In this document: in pieces, positions 61,970 through 64,000 of the stretch
How the letters are laid out: every line of letters begins with the position of its first letter
Numbering within the stretch: position 1 is the first letter of the stretch
NCBI GenBank assembly: GCA_036785375.1
Contig: JAWMAR010000013.1
Location: 1,550,001 to 1,614,000 of the forward strand
Length of the DNA: 64,000 bases
DNA from: Leucoraja ocellata
Taxonomy: Eukaryota
Direction: 5' to 3'
Notes under the pieces: model-generated
What the model saw: the letters and a program-made list of their open reading frames with translations, nothing else
Database searches by the model: none
Told to the model about the DNA's origin: nothing
Position numbers and translations under genes: made by a program

Positions 61970-62860
61970 GATATAACTGTGGTACACTGGGCACAAGGGC
62001 TTGTAGGTAATGCTGGAACTCTAGTGCACTGGGCACAGGGACAGTCGTTAACTTAATAACTCTCATAGTGGATCAAGGTCTATAGTTAGCACTGTAACTA
62101 TGTAATAAGGTCTCAGAGTCTGTAGTTAATGCAGTAGTTCTAGTACATCGGGCTCAGAGTCTGTCATTAATGAGGTAACTCTAGTACACTAGGCTTGGGA
62201 GCTGTAGTTAATGTGGTCGCTGTTATCCTTGATGTGGGCTCTGGTATACTGGGCACAGGGACTATAACTCCAGTGCACTGGGCGCAGGGACAGTAGTTAG
62301 CATAATAACTCATGCAGTGGGCAGGGGTCTATAGTTTATGCAGTAACTATGCTACAACGTCTCAGAATATGTAGTTAATGCAGCACTTCTAGTACATTTG
62401 GCCCAGCGGCAGTTAGATAATGCTGCAAATCTGCTACACTTGTCTTAGAGATTCTAATTAATTCTTTAACACTGAGGTTAATTCTGTAACAGTTAAAGTG
62501 ATATAAAGGACAGTATGAGTAATTATTGCAAGTATGGTGTTTGTACTAATCTGGCACATTGGGCAATGGGTAATATGATTATTCTGGTGCATTGGACTAT
62601 GAGATAGTAATTAATTCAGTAATTTGATACATTGGAAAGGGGTCTGTAGTTAATTCAGTAACTGCCATGCTTTTATGCTTAGGAACTTACATGATTCTGT
62701 AACTAGTATACTGGTATTATGAACAGTATTTAATGCAGTATCTCTGATATCCTGGCTTGTGGGATAGAAGTCGATGCGGTAACTCCAGTACACTAGCTTG
62801 TTGAGCTGTTGTTAATGTTTCCAATTCTAGCTTAACGGCTGAAGTTAATGTAATAAATCT
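61970..62860. repeat. Degenerate ~40-41-bp minisatellite in intron 1 of the second lipocalin
   Basis: Unit approximately GTAACTCTAGTACACTGGGCACAGGGACTGTAGTTAATGCA. CTAGTACA occurs at 62140 and 62181. Confidence 0.8.
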
Positions 62861-62894
62861 GATCCAACTCCCTCAATTCCCCGGATATCCATAC

Positions 62895-63185
62895 TCAAAA
62901 CCCACTTAAATGTCACTATCGTATCTGCCTCCATCACCACCCCTGGCAGCGCGTTCCAGGCACCCACCACTCTCTATGTAAAAAAACATGCCCCACACAT
63001 CTCCTTTAAACCTTCCCCCTCGCAACTTAAAGCTATGGCCTCTAGTTTTTATCATTTCCACCCTGGGAAAAATGTGCTGATTGTCTACCCTATTTATGTC
63101 TGTCATCATTGTATATACAGGTACCACTATCTGGTCTTCCCTCAACTTCAGGTGCCCCAGAGAAAACAATCCAAATTTGGTTAGC
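62895..63185 (-). mobile_element. CR1 LINE 3' fragment
   Basis: ORF remnant IFPRVEMIKTRGHSFKLRGGRFKGDVWG. Confidence 0.8.
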
Positions 63186-64000
63186 TGCCAGTTAATAATG
63201 ACACAAAATCATGAAGAACTCCCATCAAGGTGAACTAGAAATAGGCTCACATGACAATGGTCACTCACTGGTGGACATAGGTTTTGTTGGAAGTGGAGGA
63301 AACGTTCATCTGGGTCATTGGACAAAAATATGGAGACAGGAAGCTCCATCTGGGTCAGCGTCTGATGGCTCTAACCTGCCGAATAAGGAGCAAGGACTGG
63401 GATGTGTGAGATCCCAAAAGAGTTCAAATTTTCCCTTGCAAGAATGCAGTAGCCTCCTTGTGGAGTATAAATTCCCATCATTCTATAACCAAGCACATTC
63501 TGCATGTGAAAGACAGGAAAATGTTACAGAGGGTTGAGTAACCTTAACCACAAGGAATGGTGGTACCAGAGGAGGCAGAGAAATGAGTCTGAATAAAACG
63601 GATAAATAGAAAAGGAGTTGGCTGTTGGTGGGAGTTGTGATTTTTTGCCCAATGGCAGCACAGAATTGATTGGGTTATATTGTAACTTACTGAAAAGGTG
63701 GATAGTGTGTTTCATCCTTTAGAAAGTGTTTTTATTTATTTCAGCCTACTGAGTGCGCTTGTCTGCCAAAGATCACAACTATAATACAAGAATGAGCCCC
63801 AGCTGGCTTGCATAACAACGATCAATACTTAATTTAATATTTATTTCTAAATCTCCCGAAGTGTGTTCAAAACTAGCACGAGGCTGGATTTATGATTTCC
63901 AGCAAAATGCAATGTTGGTCAATCATCCCAACGGTATACATGCAGTGAATTAATAGCAATTGAGTTTAATAATGCAGGGAAATGTCAAGCCGTTACTAGA

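Noticed and set aside
63211-63537. 108-aa ORF with LGHW as lipocalin exon 2
   Set aside because: There is no polypyrimidine/AG acceptor before the motif and the flanking residues do not fit the lipocalin first strand.

Overview
Eukaryotic, repeat-rich vertebrate DNA. The repeat families (Penelope-like, CR1, Rex/Babar-type LINEs, tRNA-derived V-type SINEs, Tc1) suggest a cartilaginous fish, probably a skate or ray (inference). I assembled exons by hand from GT-AG sites and reading phase. The window holds: (1) the last 8 coding exons of TRAF2 (+, 2040-21937); (2) a complete FBXW5 (-, 8 coding exons 30134-41477, 578 aa, with a non-coding first exon in a CpG island near 43.2 kb); (3) a complete 7-exon complement C8 gamma gene C8G (+, 46441-54906, 202 aa) that the ORF track mostly misses; (4) exon 1 of a second secreted lipocalin (+, 61843-61956); (5) a low-confidence spliced minus-strand gene tail at 55.0-58.4 kb that converges on C8G. 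The order matches the human 9q34.3 TRAF2/FBXW5/C8G/lipocalin block as I recall it. The most interesting non-genic signals are these: many short Penelope-derived insertions with 8-15 bp target-site duplications and decayed minimal hammerhead-ribozyme cores, two of them collapsed into palindromes; one such insertion between the branch point and the 3' splice site of C8G exon 4; a 347-bp templated copy of downstream DNA inside a CR1; a CpG-rich non-autonomous retroelement; and stacked uORFs at the FBXW5 start. There are no prokaryotic systems and no CRISPR. Comparisons with human proteins come from memory, not from an alignment run, and repeat boundaries are approximate.
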